Shown here: positions 1-12,685 of the stretch, one piece after another
How positions within the stretch are numbered: the first letter of the stretch is position 1
Layout of the letters: each line of letters begins with the position of its first letter
Assembly (NCBI GenBank): GCA_965645245.1
Contig: OZ287088.1
Span: 620,001-684,000, forward strand
DNA from: Massalongia carnosa
Taxonomy: Eukaryota
DNA: 64,000 nucleotides
Reading direction: 5' to 3'
Program-made: the position numbers and the translations under genes
The notes under the pieces: generated by a model
The model's input: only the letters and a program-made list of their open reading frames with translations
Databases searched by the model: none
Told to the model about the DNA's origin: nothing

Positions 1-2908
1 AACCGCATTATCGAATAAATACAACTGCAATAAAGCCGATTGGGATAAATTCGCGAAGTTTCTAGACGAAAATGAAGTAAACTACGAGTCCCAAATACAA
101 AGTCTATTGAACAATTATCAATTTGATGAATCAGCGTTATATTTGCAAAACGTTATCAAAAACGCGGCTGAAATGTTTATTCCGAAGACAAAAATATGCG
201 CAAAATCGAAAAATTGGGGGTCGCAAGATTTATCCGGACTTCGAAAAATCATGTGTAGACATCGTCGAGAATGGAAGAATAATCCGTCCTATTTTAGTCA
301 TCAATCATTTAGACATAGTCGAATCGAGTACTTTCATGCAATTCGAAAAGCGAAACAGCAAACTTGGTTGGCTTTCCTCGAAAACGCAGCGAATAAAGAC
401 GTATTTACAGCTTATAAATACACTAAACCGCGCATGTTCGAAAAAATACCACCTATTCAATATGAAAATAAGTTAAATGTTCAATTCGATCACAAATGCG
501 ATGCGTTTGTGTCAGCAATGTACACAAAAAACCCGTTCACGGATGATAATATTGAAGATTTAACGAATCAAGACAGCGAAAATGACAACAATGGCCGAAT
601 TTAACCGAAAATGAATAGCAAAATGCGATTAGTTTGTTTAATCCATAGAAATCATGTGGACCTGATGCAATCAATTTCACAATAATTCAAAAATCGTTTC
701 AACCATTGAAAAACGTGTTTTTTACTATTTATTCTAAGTTTATACACATCGGTTTTCACCCGTTATGTTGGCGAACAGGACTCGGTGCTGTTTTAAAAAA
801 ACCTAATAAACCAGACTACTCGCTGCCAAAATCATATCGAATTAGTACATTACTGAATTTTCTTGGTAAAATTGCGGAGAAAATAGTTGCTAATCGACTA
901 GCCTACCTCGGCGAAAATTCGAGCTCGTTAGATACCGAACAAATGGGCGGACGGAAAAATCATTCTGCAATCGATGCGGTAATGAACGTCGTTCATGATA
1001 TCGAAATCGCAAACCGAAACAAAAACGTTTTATCATGTCTATTATTCGATGTCAAAGGAGCATTTGACTTTGTTTCGATTAATCAATTGCTAAATGTCAT
1101 GAAAAAGCTGCATTTATCTCGCATAGTTATTCAATGGGTCAAGCATTTTATGACAAAACGATCGATCAATTTGATATTCGATGAACACAAAAGCAAAACG
1201 TACTATATCGAATCTGGAATTCCACAAGGTTCACCAATTTCGCCAATTCTATTTCTGATTTATATTCGTTACTTATTTCCGAAAATACGAATGAAATTCA
1301 ATGCTCATTCACCTAGCTTTATAGACGATGTTGCAATATATGTCGAAAATAAACTGCCACACAGAATTGCAAAGAAATCGAAATTATCGTCAAAACAGCT
1401 TTTGATTGGGCCGCAACGAATAATGTCAAATTTGATGACGACAAATCTGAGTTGATTCACTTCGAAAAGTCAAGAAATGCATCAAAAGACAAAGTGCAAT
1501 TACCAAACGGGACAATACTAGAACCGAAAAATTCTGTCAAATGGTTAGGAGTCTGGTTAGACCGAAAACTAAATTACAAAAAACACCTCGAAACGCGAAT
1601 TGCTTCTGCAAATCGATCGTTTTTCGCAATTCAAAATTTGATGAAGTCTGAATGGGGACTAAAGCCAACTGCATGCAGACAGCTCTATCTGTCATGTATT
1701 ATTCCTATTTCGGACTATGGCTCAGAAATCTGGTATAACGGTCAAAAGAAATATGAAAAGCTATTTCAGAATCTGCAAAATCGAATTATTCGAAAGATTT
1801 TAGGCACATTCAAAACCACGCCTGTTCAGGCGATGGAAATTGAATTGCATATTTTACCAGCCAAGCTACGATTGTTGATGAAAAATCAAAAATACGCAAT
1901 TCGATTATTGAAGATTGCCGAAAATAATCCTATTTGTCAAAGATTTCGCAGTACCTATTCTGTGAAATTCGAAAAGATCGGTTTTGACACTAGTTTATGG
2001 AACAACGGATATGCTGAATGGAACGAAGACGAGAAAAAATCGAGTAAACCTCATCCTAGTCAGCTTATCCGTATTCTTCATTCCGTTTCGGATATAGTTC
2101 ACAAAACTGATGAATTCGAATCAGTAAATAATCTCATCAAACCATGGAAGCCGTCTTGTAAAATCAAGTTCCAAATCGAAAGATCCAAAGAAACAGCAAA
2201 GTCAAGTTATTATTCGACTTTATCAAAAATCCAATCAATAAACGCCGATAAATCGCGAATGTTACTCTATACCGATGGATCAAAAACCGAGTTTACAACT
2301 TCCGCTGTCACATTTGCACCAATTATGCGAAATTGGAACAATTTCACCGATAACTTCAATCGTTTTATCGAAAAAGATTGTCTCCTCAAACATCATACGA
2401 TTTCGAAAAGCTGGAAATTAAACAAACAGTCAAGCATTAAAAACGCCGAACTCTATGCGATACTACAAGCAATAAAATGGGCATACAAATTGACAATTGC
2501 GAATATTCTCTTCAATTTGGAAAAAACGATTTGGATTTTTTCCGATAGCATAAACGCGATAAACGAAATTCAGAACTTGACAAATCATACCTACGCAAAA
2601 CAAATTCGAAAATTCTCGAAATGCTTATTCGGAAACAATTATCAGGTGGTTCTACAATGGATTCCTAGTCATTCGAAAATCGTCGAAAATGAAATTGCAG
2701 ATAAAGCAGCAAAAGCGGGACATAGTCGAATCCAGTCGAGTCTTCGATAATAACATTTGATTATGTAAAAGTTCAAATAAATCGAAATATGTTAGCCACA
2801 TGGGCGAATCAATGGCAACAATGCAAGTCAAAAGGCAAATACTATGAGAAATTCGAAATGCAGCCGGGCAAATCGAGTTTTTATTATCTGTCGAATAATT
2901 GTTCGAAA
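1..2908 (+). mobile_element. LINE family B, partial frameshifted ORF2 (RT-RNase H)
   Basis: ORFs 107-604, 706-1455 and 1452-2750 carry RT motifs (GIPQGSPISP, FIDD, KWLGVWLD) and RNase H motifs (YTDGS, AEL, FSDS, WIPSH). Runs off the window start. Confidence 0.95.
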
Positions 2909-2909
2909 G

Positions 2910-3824
2910 ATCGTTTTATCGAAAAAGATTGTCTCCTCAAACATCATACGATTTCGAAAAGCTGGAAATTAAACAAACAGTCAAGCGTTAAAAACGCTAA
3001 ACTGTATGCGATACTACAAGCAATAAAATGGGCATACAAATTGACAATTGCGAATATTCTCTTCAATTTGGAAAAAACGATTTGGATTTTTTCCGATAGC
3101 ATAAACGCGATAAACGAAATTCAGAACTTGACAAATCATACCTACGCAAAACAAATTCGAAAATTCTCGAAATGCTTATTCGGAAACAATTATCAGGTGG
3201 TTCTACAATGGATTCCTAGTCATTCGAAAATCGTCGAAAATGAAATTGCAGATAAACCAGCAAAAGCGGGACATAGTCGAATCCTAGTCGAGTCTTCGAT
3301 AATAACATTTGATTATGTAAAGGGTCAAATAAATCGAAATATGTTAGCCACATGGGCGAATCAATGGCAACAATGCAAGTCAAAAGGCAAATACTATGAG
3401 AAATTCGAAATGCAGCCGGACAAATCGAGTTTTTATTATCTGTCGAATAATTGTTCTAAATTAATATTTGCAACTTTTAAGCAAATGAAATTCGGAAACG
3501 ATTATTTTCGACCATATCTGCACCGATTGAAAGATTATAATTCGTCAAAATGCACAGGGCGCTGCAACGAACGTCAAACGCCAGAACAATTATCGATGAA
3601 TTGCAAACATTATTCAAATGAAATCCTAAACATGAAACAAAATATCGATACCACAATTTCTTTAAAAATGTTGTTTAATACTAGGATCGGAAATAATATT
3701 TTGATTAACTTTATTGTTGATAACAAAATCTCGACTAGAAAATGGATGCTAACCATATCTTAAAATAGTTTAGTGTCATAACCTTAGGTTGAATACACTT
3801 AATGAATAAATAAAAATAAAAAAA
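2910..3824 (+). mobile_element. LINE family B, 5'-truncated copy with ~220 bp 3' deletion and A-rich tail
   Basis: Restarts at RNase H (atcgttttatcg), jumps from ggatgcta to accatatc at ~3751, and ends gaataaataaaaataaaaaaa. Confidence 0.85.
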
Positions 3825-5764
3825 TCGTCAATTTTCCCCGTTTTTACTCCGTGTTAGTAACAGCCTATAGTAATCGAGAAATTATCGATTTTACAATTTG
3901 TCTTAGTAAGTTCGTAATTGTTTCAACATAAATCATTTCTGATTTTACTCTTCGATCTCTCTCCCCAGCCTCCCGTTTCAACAATTTCGTCATCAAGCTG
4001 ATCTAGTATCCATTTTCTAGTCGCGATTTTGTTATTGACAATGAATTTAATCAAAATGTCATTTCCAATTTTTATATTAAACAACATATTCAAGTTGATA
4101 GTAGTATCGACATTTTGTTTCATGTTTTGAATTTCATCGAAATAATGAATGCAATTCAATAACAAGTGTTCTGGCGTTTGTCGTTGATTGCATCTATTTG
4201 TGCATTTTGTCGAATTATAATCTTTCAATCGATTTACATATAATAGAAAATAGCCGTGTCCGAATTTTAATTGCATAATAGTAGCAAATATCAATTTGGA
4301 GCAGTTGTTTGATAAATAATAAAAACTCGATATGCCAGGTTGCATTTCGTATTTCTCATAGTATTTGCCTTTCGATTTGCGTTGTTGCCATTGATTCGTC
4401 CATGTAATTAGCATATTTTGATTTTTTTGATCTTTTACATAGTCAAATGTTATCGCCTAGGACTCGACTAGGATTCGATTATTTCACGTCTTTGCTGTTT
4501 TGTTTGCAATTTTGTTTTCGGTAATTTTCGAATGACTCGGAATCCATTGCAAAATCATCTGATAATTGCTTTCAAATAAGCGTTTTGCGAGCTTTCGAAT
4601 TTGTCTTATGAAAATATGATTTGTCAAGTTCTGAATTTCGTTTATCGCCTTTATGCTATCAGAAAAAATCCAAATCGTTTTTTCTAAGTTCGATAAAATA
4701 TTAGTATTTGACAATTTATAGACCCATTTCATTGCTTGTCAAATAGCATGCAGTTCAGCATATTTAATGCTTGACTGTTTGCTTAATTTCCAGCTTTTCG
4801 AAAGCGTATGATACTTGATCAGACAATCTTTTTCGATAAATCGATCAAAATTATCAATAATATTATTCCAATACCGCAAAATTGGTGCAAATGTGACTGC
4901 AGACGTTGCAAATTCGATTTTTGATCCATCCGTATAAAGTAAAACTCGGGATTTATCGGAGTTCATTGATTGAATTTTTGATAAGGTCAAATAATAACTT
5001 GATTTTGCAGATTCTTTTGTATTATCGATTTGAAATTAGATTTTGCATGACGATTTCCAAGGTTTAATGAAATTTTATTTATTTATTTTTTTTATTTATT
5101 CATTAAGTGTATTCAACCTAAGGTTATGACACTAAACTATTTTAGGATATGTTTCTATATTACAAATAAATCAACCCTTTATAACCCATCTATGTATCGT
5201 CAATTTTTCCCCATTTTTACTCCGTGTTAGTAACAACCTATAGTGATCGAAAAATATCGATTTTACAATTTATCTGGTTTAATGAAATGATTTAATTGTT
5301 CAAATTTATCAGTTTTGTGAACTATGTCAGAAACGGAATGAAGATCGCGAATAAGCTGACTAGGGTGTCGTTTATTTGTCTGTTTTTCATCTTCTTTCTA
5401 TTCGTCATATTTGTTGTTCCATAAGCTAGTGTCAAAACCGATGTTTTCATATTTTATCGAATATGTGTTTGGAATTCTTTGACAAATGGGATTATTTTCG
5501 GCAATCTTCAATAATCGAATTGCGTATTTTGATTTTTTATTAATAATCGAAGTTTGACTGGTAAAACATGTGATTTAATTTCCATCGACTGAACATGTTG
5601 GTTTTGAAAGTTCCTAAAATTTTCCGAATCATTCGATTTTGCAAATTCTGAAATAGTTTTTCATATTTCTTTTGACCATTATACCAAATTTCTGAACCGT
5701 AGTCCGAAATAGGAACAATACATGACAAATAGAGCTGTCTGCATGCGGTCGGTTTCAGACCCCA
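3825..5764 (-). mobile_element. LINE family A, degenerate 3' half of ORF2, interrupted by 5074-5275
   Basis: Minus ORFs 3923-4414, 4484-4732 and 4739-4990 match the C-terminus of the 1079-aa ORF. Confidence 0.9.
5074..5275 (-). mobile_element. ~200 bp 5'-truncated family A 3' end with 13-bp TSD
   Basis: T-rich tail plus 3' UTR. TSD ggtttaatgaaat at 5061-5073 and 5276-5288. Confidence 0.9.
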
Positions 5765-5768
5765 ACAC

Positions 5769-6339
5769 ATTTTTTTTAAATAACAACGTTTAGAAATCGA
5801 AATATCGATTTCACAATTTGTTTTTGTAAAGCTCGTAAATATTCCTGCATAAATCATTTCTAATTTTACTGTTCGATCTCTCCCCAACCTCCCGTTTCGA
5901 TATTTTCGTCATCGAGCTAACCTAGCATCCATTTTCTATTCGCGATTTTGTTATCAACAATAAATTTAATCAAAATATTATTTCCGATCCTAGTATTAAA
6001 CAACATTTTTAAAGTAATTGTGGTATCTATATTTTGTTTCATGTTTAGGGTTTCATTGGAATAATGTATGCAATTTATCAATAAGTGTTCTGGCGTTTGA
6101 CGTTCGTTGCAGCGCCCTGTGCATTTTGACGAATTCTAATCTTTCAATCGGTGCAGATATGATCGAAAACAACCATGTCCCAATTTCATTTCCATAATAG
6201 TCGCAAATATCAATTTTGAACAATTATTCGACAGATAATAAAAACTCGATTTGCCCGGCTGCATTTCGAATCTCTCATAGTATTTGCCTTTTGACTTGCA
6301 TTGTTGCCATTAATTCGCCCATTTGGCTAACATATTTCG
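5769..6339 (-). mobile_element. 5'-truncated family B copy with a shortened 3' end and 12-bp TSD
   Basis: TSD agaccccaacac at 5757-5768 and 6340-6351. B-type ORF2 C-terminus. Confidence 0.85.
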
Positions 6340-6351
6340 AGACCCCAACAC

Positions 6352-6803
6352 TTGTTATTGAATTGCATTCACTATTTCGATAAAATTCAAAACATGAAAC
6401 AAAACATCGATACTACGATGAACTTGATTATGTTGTTTAATACTAAAATCGGAAATGAAATTTTGATTAAATTCATTGTCAATAACAAAATTGCGACTAT
6501 AAAATGGATATTAGGTCAGCTTGATGACGATATTTTCGAAACTGGAGGTTGCGGAGAGATCGAACAGTAAAATCAGAAACGATTTATGCTGAAACATTTA
6601 CGAACTTACAAAGACAAGTTATAAAATCGATATTTTTCAAGTACTATAGGTTGTTACTAACACGGTGTAAAAATTGGGAAAAATTGACGATACATAGATG
6701 GGTTATAAAGGGTTGATTTATTTGTAATATAGAAATATATTCTAAAATAATTTAGTGTCTTGACCTTAGGTTGAATACACTAGATGAATAAATAAATAAA
6801 AAA
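6352..6803 (+). mobile_element. Family A 3' fragment with tail
   Basis: ORF 6352-6570 (…FETGGCGEIEQ), then A-type 3' UTR and aataaataaataaaaaa. Confidence 0.9.
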
Positions 6804-6811
6804 TAGCCTCT

Positions 6812-7170
6812 TTGTAGTGGCAGGATAACATTCGTTGAGAAACATCGAAAATACACAAAATGCTAAATATATTCAACCTAAATGTGCAAAATCAACGAAT
6901 GTAATGATCTCATTTTTTAGAATATGCTTTATCAAATTAAATTGATATTGTTTTGTTTCAGGAACCATGGACACGAGATCAAAAAACAATATCACATCAG
7001 TCATTTACATGTATTATGCCGGAAATAGCGACTTATCGCTTGAAACTAGCTATATTTATCACAAAATGCAATCCCCAACTGCAATGCACGCCTAGAACGG
7101 ATCTTATTGACAATTCCGATGTGCAAATTGTTTAAATTACAATTGATGAAGTTCGAAAAGCGCAGATTTT
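6812..7170 (+). pseudogene. Degenerate APE endonuclease start of an A/B-related LINE
   Basis: FQEPWTRDQKTISH…CTPRTDLID matches the ORF2 N-terminus at 25193. Confidence 0.85.
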
Positions 7171-7880
7171 CAACGAATGTAATTATGAAATCTATGATAA
7201 GTACCCAGATTTTCAACGAATGTAATTATGAAATCTATGATACGTATTTAATGGCAATCGTTTGGGCTTTCGAAAAATGGAGACCCGAATTAGGGGGTTC
7301 CGCTTATCCAATCAATGTAATCACGGATAACAAAATTCTAGAATATTTCACTTCTTCCAAGCAATTTTGCCGTCGTCAAGCCCGCTGGAGCGACTTTTTA
7401 TCCCGATTTGATTATAAAACAATCTATCCCACTGAAAAAGCAGGTGAGAAACCAGAGGCCCTAAAAGTGAGATCAAGAGATCTCTCTACAGAAGGGGATG
7501 AAACAGACGAACGCCTACAATTTCAATATCAAACTGTCATCAAATCGCAAATATAGATAAAGGAGTTGCCCGAGGCCTGAATTTATGCCCTATTATAATA
7601 TTAGCACCCGCTTTTCTAGAACAAGAAGTCATAAGGCTAGCACCTGCATTTTTAGAACAGAAACATAAACCCGATAAATCCTAAAATCTAGGCAACGGAG
7701 ATTATAATAACAACCTCAACTCGATCCAGATTCAGATCAGATCACCTCTGACAAAGACCCGATGGATATCCCTACCGACGAGCTTTAGAATCAAGCCATT
7801 TAAAGAGATCGCTTTGCCCCGGAAATTCCAGTAATGCTGCCAAACGGAAACAGATATCACAGCGGAATTCTGTTGGCTGA
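7171..7880 (+). pseudogene. Ty3/Gypsy pol fragment (RNase H)
   Basis: [22 protein letters not shown]…VITD.K.LEYF…[15 protein letters not shown] is the Gypsy RNase H signature. There is a 37-bp tandem duplication at the left junction. The right end is approximate. Confidence 0.85.
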
Positions 7881-7881
7881 A

Positions 7882-8200
7882 CTTATTTCGGACTACGGTT
7901 CAGAAATTTGAAGACGAAAAATAAACAAATAAACGACATCCTAGTCAGCTTATCCGCGTTCTTCATTCCGTTTCCGATATAGTTCACAACTGATAAATTT
8001 GAACAATAAAATTATTTCATTAAACCTTTGAAACCGTCTTGCAAAATCGAGTTTCAAATCGAAAATACAAAAGAATCTGCAAAATTAAGTTATTATTCGA
8101 TCTCATCTAAAAATTCAATCAATGAACTCCGATAAATCCCGCTTTACTTTATACGGATGGATCAAAAATTAAATTTGCAACGTCTGCACTCACATTTGCG
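7882..8200 (+). mobile_element. Internally deleted family A-like ORF2 fragment
   Basis: Nucleotide match to about 29803-29830 joined to about 30122-30416. Confidence 0.75.
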
Positions 8201-9709
8201 CGGTTGAGCATCAACGTTCACTTTTACCTTATCTTGCGCTGTGCGCTTTTACTATTCTCCGACTTGTTCTCTGAACAGCCTCTTAAATGCGCAGATTGCC
8301 GCCTACGTTAAACGAACCCGACCCTACTTTACGATTTTTCATCGACGCAACTTAAATACCTTACCGACAAAGACGATAACCACGCCATTCATATTCGCAT
8401 CATACCTAACGTTCCCTCTGAACAATACTCCTCTAATCGAGACCCACATCATCCTCCGTCCAGAAGAATAGAACGTATAAGGTGTGCCCGATCAACCATT
8501 TATTATTCAACATATATGATATCTGATTCAAGGAACAACATGAACGCTAAATTCGAATAATCGTTCGTGGTCGCGCACACGTAGCAGAGATTTTCTGTTG
8601 GACAAGATAAATGATTATCTTGTAAGAATAGGAGATAAGGGTAAACCGGAGGGGACCATGGTCCTGCAGGAAGTGAAAAATTTTCTCGAAAATCAGAGAA
8701 ATTTCGACAACGACAACGACTATGACAAGACTTCGAAGACTCTAAACGTCACGTTAACAGAAATCCAGAAAAGCCTTGCTCGCATCGAAGGAGCAAAAGC
8801 AGTCACAATAAACTTGGATAACTACGCCGCCGCTGCCACCAGAGGCCAGGACACTCAAGCCCCACCGGTCCCACGTCGCACGAAGCCAACTGTATACTTA
8901 AAGCACACAGAGCCCTCGCCTCAAGAGATTCGAAAGGCCAGGGAAATAACTATCGTCGTCCCGAACACAATAGACAAAGAAAACCTAAAGAACGTGACAA
9001 CAAAAGATCTCGTGGAGATTCTACAACGTGAGACGAAGGTGATTCGGGGATATCACGTCTCATCAGCGGAGATCTCAAGATTCTTACCGAATCTTTAGAG
9101 GCCAAAAAGCTCCTACAAGAGAAACCGGAGTGGGTTCAAATTGTAGCCGAATCAGCCGCGATAACGACACGAACGTAATCTATCAGGGTAAATGGTGTCA
9201 AGGTCGAAAATATCAAAACCGCCAACCAATCTCAGGCTATAGAGTACCTACAGGCCGCTAACGCACGTCTGAACACGAACCTGAAGATCAAGAAAATAGC
9301 CTGGTCCGTCAAAGCTATAAGGGAAAAAAAGACGTATTCTACGCTACATATAGAAGTTTCAACCACCGAAACGGCCAACCGGATCATAGCCGAAGGCCTT
9401 GTGGTCGACTATGAAATCAAAGAATGTGAAAGGTTCACCAAGGGATGTACCATGATGCAATGCTTAAACTATCACAAATACGGTCACATAGGTCGCTCAT
9501 GTCCAAATCCTACCACCTTTGGCCACTTCGCCGGGGGCCATCCCAGCACCGAATGCAACATGGAAACGACGGGTAGATACCGAAGATGTATTGCATGCAG
9601 TAAGAAGGCCATGGAGCCTGGTCCATATCCTGCGGAATCAGGAAATCAGAAAAAAGCAAAGCAGACAAGGCTATCCAAAATCGGGTTCCGATGGATTGCA
9701 AGAACAAAA
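8201..9709 (+). pseudogene. 5' part (leader plus gag-like ORF1) of a third, unrelated Tad-like LINE
   Basis: Broken ORFs 8598-9098 and 9401-9754 carry degenerate zinc knuckles (QCLNYHKYGHIGRSC, GHFAGGHPSTEC, RCIAC). GC is higher than in A/B. Confidence 0.7.
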
Positions 9710-12685
9710 GACACCTATCGAAACACAAGTACCGCAACTTTTGATACTTTATAACTTTCACAGTCAATTGAACATCTCTTTCTCAGTCATTTGAGCTCCT
9801 CCAGAGCAAAAACGGACTCAGATTGAGTGTAGGAGAGCTTAGCAAAGCTCCAGTAGAGATTATCTTCTGGTCGCACGCGACAGACGTGATAAAGCGCGCT
9901 CAAGAAGTTATAAAAAACAACAAATACCAACAATATCACCAAAAATCGCTCTTTTTTCTCACTTTCTTCTGTTCTGTTGTCGCACTACCCTCAATTATTA
10001 CTATAAGTATTATCTACAAAAATTATCTACTGTCGCGATACTGTACAACCACTGTCGCGACGACTAACTTTTTTGAAGTTTATTTCTCATTTAAGGTTAC
10101 GGGAACTTCCGCAAGCACAAATTTTCACAGTATATTTCACGTATAATTTCTGCATATACCATTTTAGGCTTTATCGATCTCTATTGAACGGCCGTCAACA
10201 GATCAGTAAAAAGAAGGGGAAAAACGTCTGGAATAGGATTATACCAAAGATCCTATTTCAGATTAATCAGAATAGGAAGTCTCTTATTATCCTACCTTGA
10301 CTTAGATCTATTTTTATCGCAAAAAAGCAAGAAAAAAAACTTTCATTATTTTCAACTATTGTAGTGTCTGGTAAAGGGTTAAATAAGATTTACTGCCTAA
10401 GCGAGGAACGGTCTATTTTAACCCGATTAGGATTTATTTGACGAGTTATTGTCATATAAATAGGGATAGGAAAGCAAGAGTCGTTAGACCTGTAAATTGG
10501 TATAAATTTCTATTCTGATTAGTACGTCCGGGGAACATCAGAATAAATTATTTGGTGGTGATAAAAGGGATATTGAAAATGCATATCGATTTATTTATTA
10601 AATCATGGTCAATCCGGTACTCCCTAGGACTCGACGAATTATATCGAGAGCCTCCCCGGGAACACCCCTGAGCACTCCTCAAAACCCTCCCCGAATGGAA
10701 TCTCCGGGGCTCTCGTCAGTAGGACTTTCAGAAAAATCGCCTGTACTTGACGAGCCTATGGATCAATCACATGAATATTCGTCCGCCCCGACTACGCCGA
10801 CCCCAAAAGCAACCAAATTCCCATCTGGACAATTTACTACCAATCTACCCATGCTATCGTTAAATTCTAATATAGAATTAAGCCCGCCTATCAAAAGTAA
10901 CAAACGAAAAACATTTGACGAACGAGTAGAGGAAAGCCAAGAAGCAATCAATCGAGCACAATGGATTGGATTACTCAAAACGGCTAAAACCGCGTTATTG
11001 AAGTCATCTGTCTTAGATCAAAATCCAGAAACAGCAATAGTCATTGATAATGTCAATTCCTTATTGACAAAAAAATCAATTAATATAAAAACAACACTAG
11101 AGATGATGAATTGGAAATTGGACAAGGTAATTGATCAGACTAGTAATCGAACCTCAGAAACAACGCGAAAATCGACTCTGGTTCAACAAGTCAATACGAC
11201 TGAAAATCCAAATAAAGTCGTCAACACGAACGCACGATAGGAAACCGCCGGGGTTACGAGTACAAAGGTCAATAACACGCCTCCATCCTGGAGTCAAATG
11301 CTTGGAAAAGCAACTGCGAATTCCGAAAATTGGACCACTGTTTCCAGATCGAAAAATTCGAGTCAAACCTAGAACAAATTCGACAAAACCGACGAATTAA
11401 ATGCAATCAGACTCAGACGACTGATAATTACACCAAAAATTCAAATCGGCGATATCGACTCATTGAAACTTCGAGATCAAATCAACGCGCAATTCAGCAA
11501 CGCGAAGTTAGATATCGTAATCAACACGGTCGAAAAATCGAAAACCGGTCAGAATATCGTTCTCACTACTAGTTCGAAAAACACTGCTGCAGAATTGTTG
11601 GAAAACAAATCTATATAGGAACATATGTTCGATGCACAAAGAATTCGAAAAGACGAATCCTGGTTTAAAGTGATCGCTCATGGAGTAAATATTGCAACGT
11701 TTGACCAAAATATGCAATATATGCAAAATGAAATCTAGAAATTCAACCTTAACATGGAATTATGCGATTTACCCAGATGGCTAGCGCGAGACCGCGAAAA
11801 TAAAGTCAATTCTTCGGTCGTTTTGACTTATAACGATCGAAATCAGGCCTTAAACGCGTTAAAAGGCGTAAATATCGCGGGAAAACACTGTGACACGGAA
11901 ATATTTACTTCCGTTCGTCCGAATACACAATGTATTAATTGTCAAAAATTCGGACACAAGCATTATCAGTGTCGAAAAAAATCAAAATGCAATATTTGTC
12001 CACAAAATCATGAAACACGTAATCATGAATGCATAACATGCAAATCGAAAACTGCGTGTTCACACGTTATTGTGAAATGTGCAAACTGCAATAAAAATCA
12101 TCAATCAAATGATGAACATTGTGAAATATTTACTGCATTAAATCCACGAAAATCGGCTGACGAACTATCCGCCTTATAATGGCAGGAAAGCATTCGTTGG
12201 CAAATATAGAAAATACTCACAATGTCAAATTTATTCAACACAACTGTGGAAGGTCAACGAATGCAATGACTTCTTGTTTGGAATATGCTTTATGAAATTA
12301 AATTGATATTGTTATGTTTCAGGAACCATGGACACGAGATCAAAAAACAATATCACATCTTTCATTTACATGCATTATGCCAAAAATAGTGACTTATCGC
12401 TCGAGAGTAGCTATATTTGTCACAAAATGCAATCCCAAACTGCAATGCACGCCTAGAATGGATCTTATTGACGATTCCGATATGTAAATTATTGAAATTA
12501 CAATTGATGAAGTTCGAAAAGTGCAGATTTTCAATATTTATAACGAAAAAAGTCAAAATGATCGAGAAACATACACGATCGATCGACTTTTAATCAAATA
12601 TCAACCTACATCAACTAATTAATTCGTCATTTGTGGAGATTTCAATGCAAATCATAACTGGTGAAATTCAAAAATTCAACACGCA
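9710..12685 (+). mobile_element. Family A 5' half: leader, ORF1 with nonsense codons (10605-12179), start of ORF2
   Basis: Collinear with 15906-17134 plus 23917-25700. TAATG junction at 12177-12181. Cut by a B tail at 12686. Confidence 0.93.

Noticed and set aside
3825..6803. Twin-priming 5' inversion of a single A element
   Set aside because: The minus and plus parts overlap in element coordinates (both include the ORF2 C-terminus), so they are separate copies.
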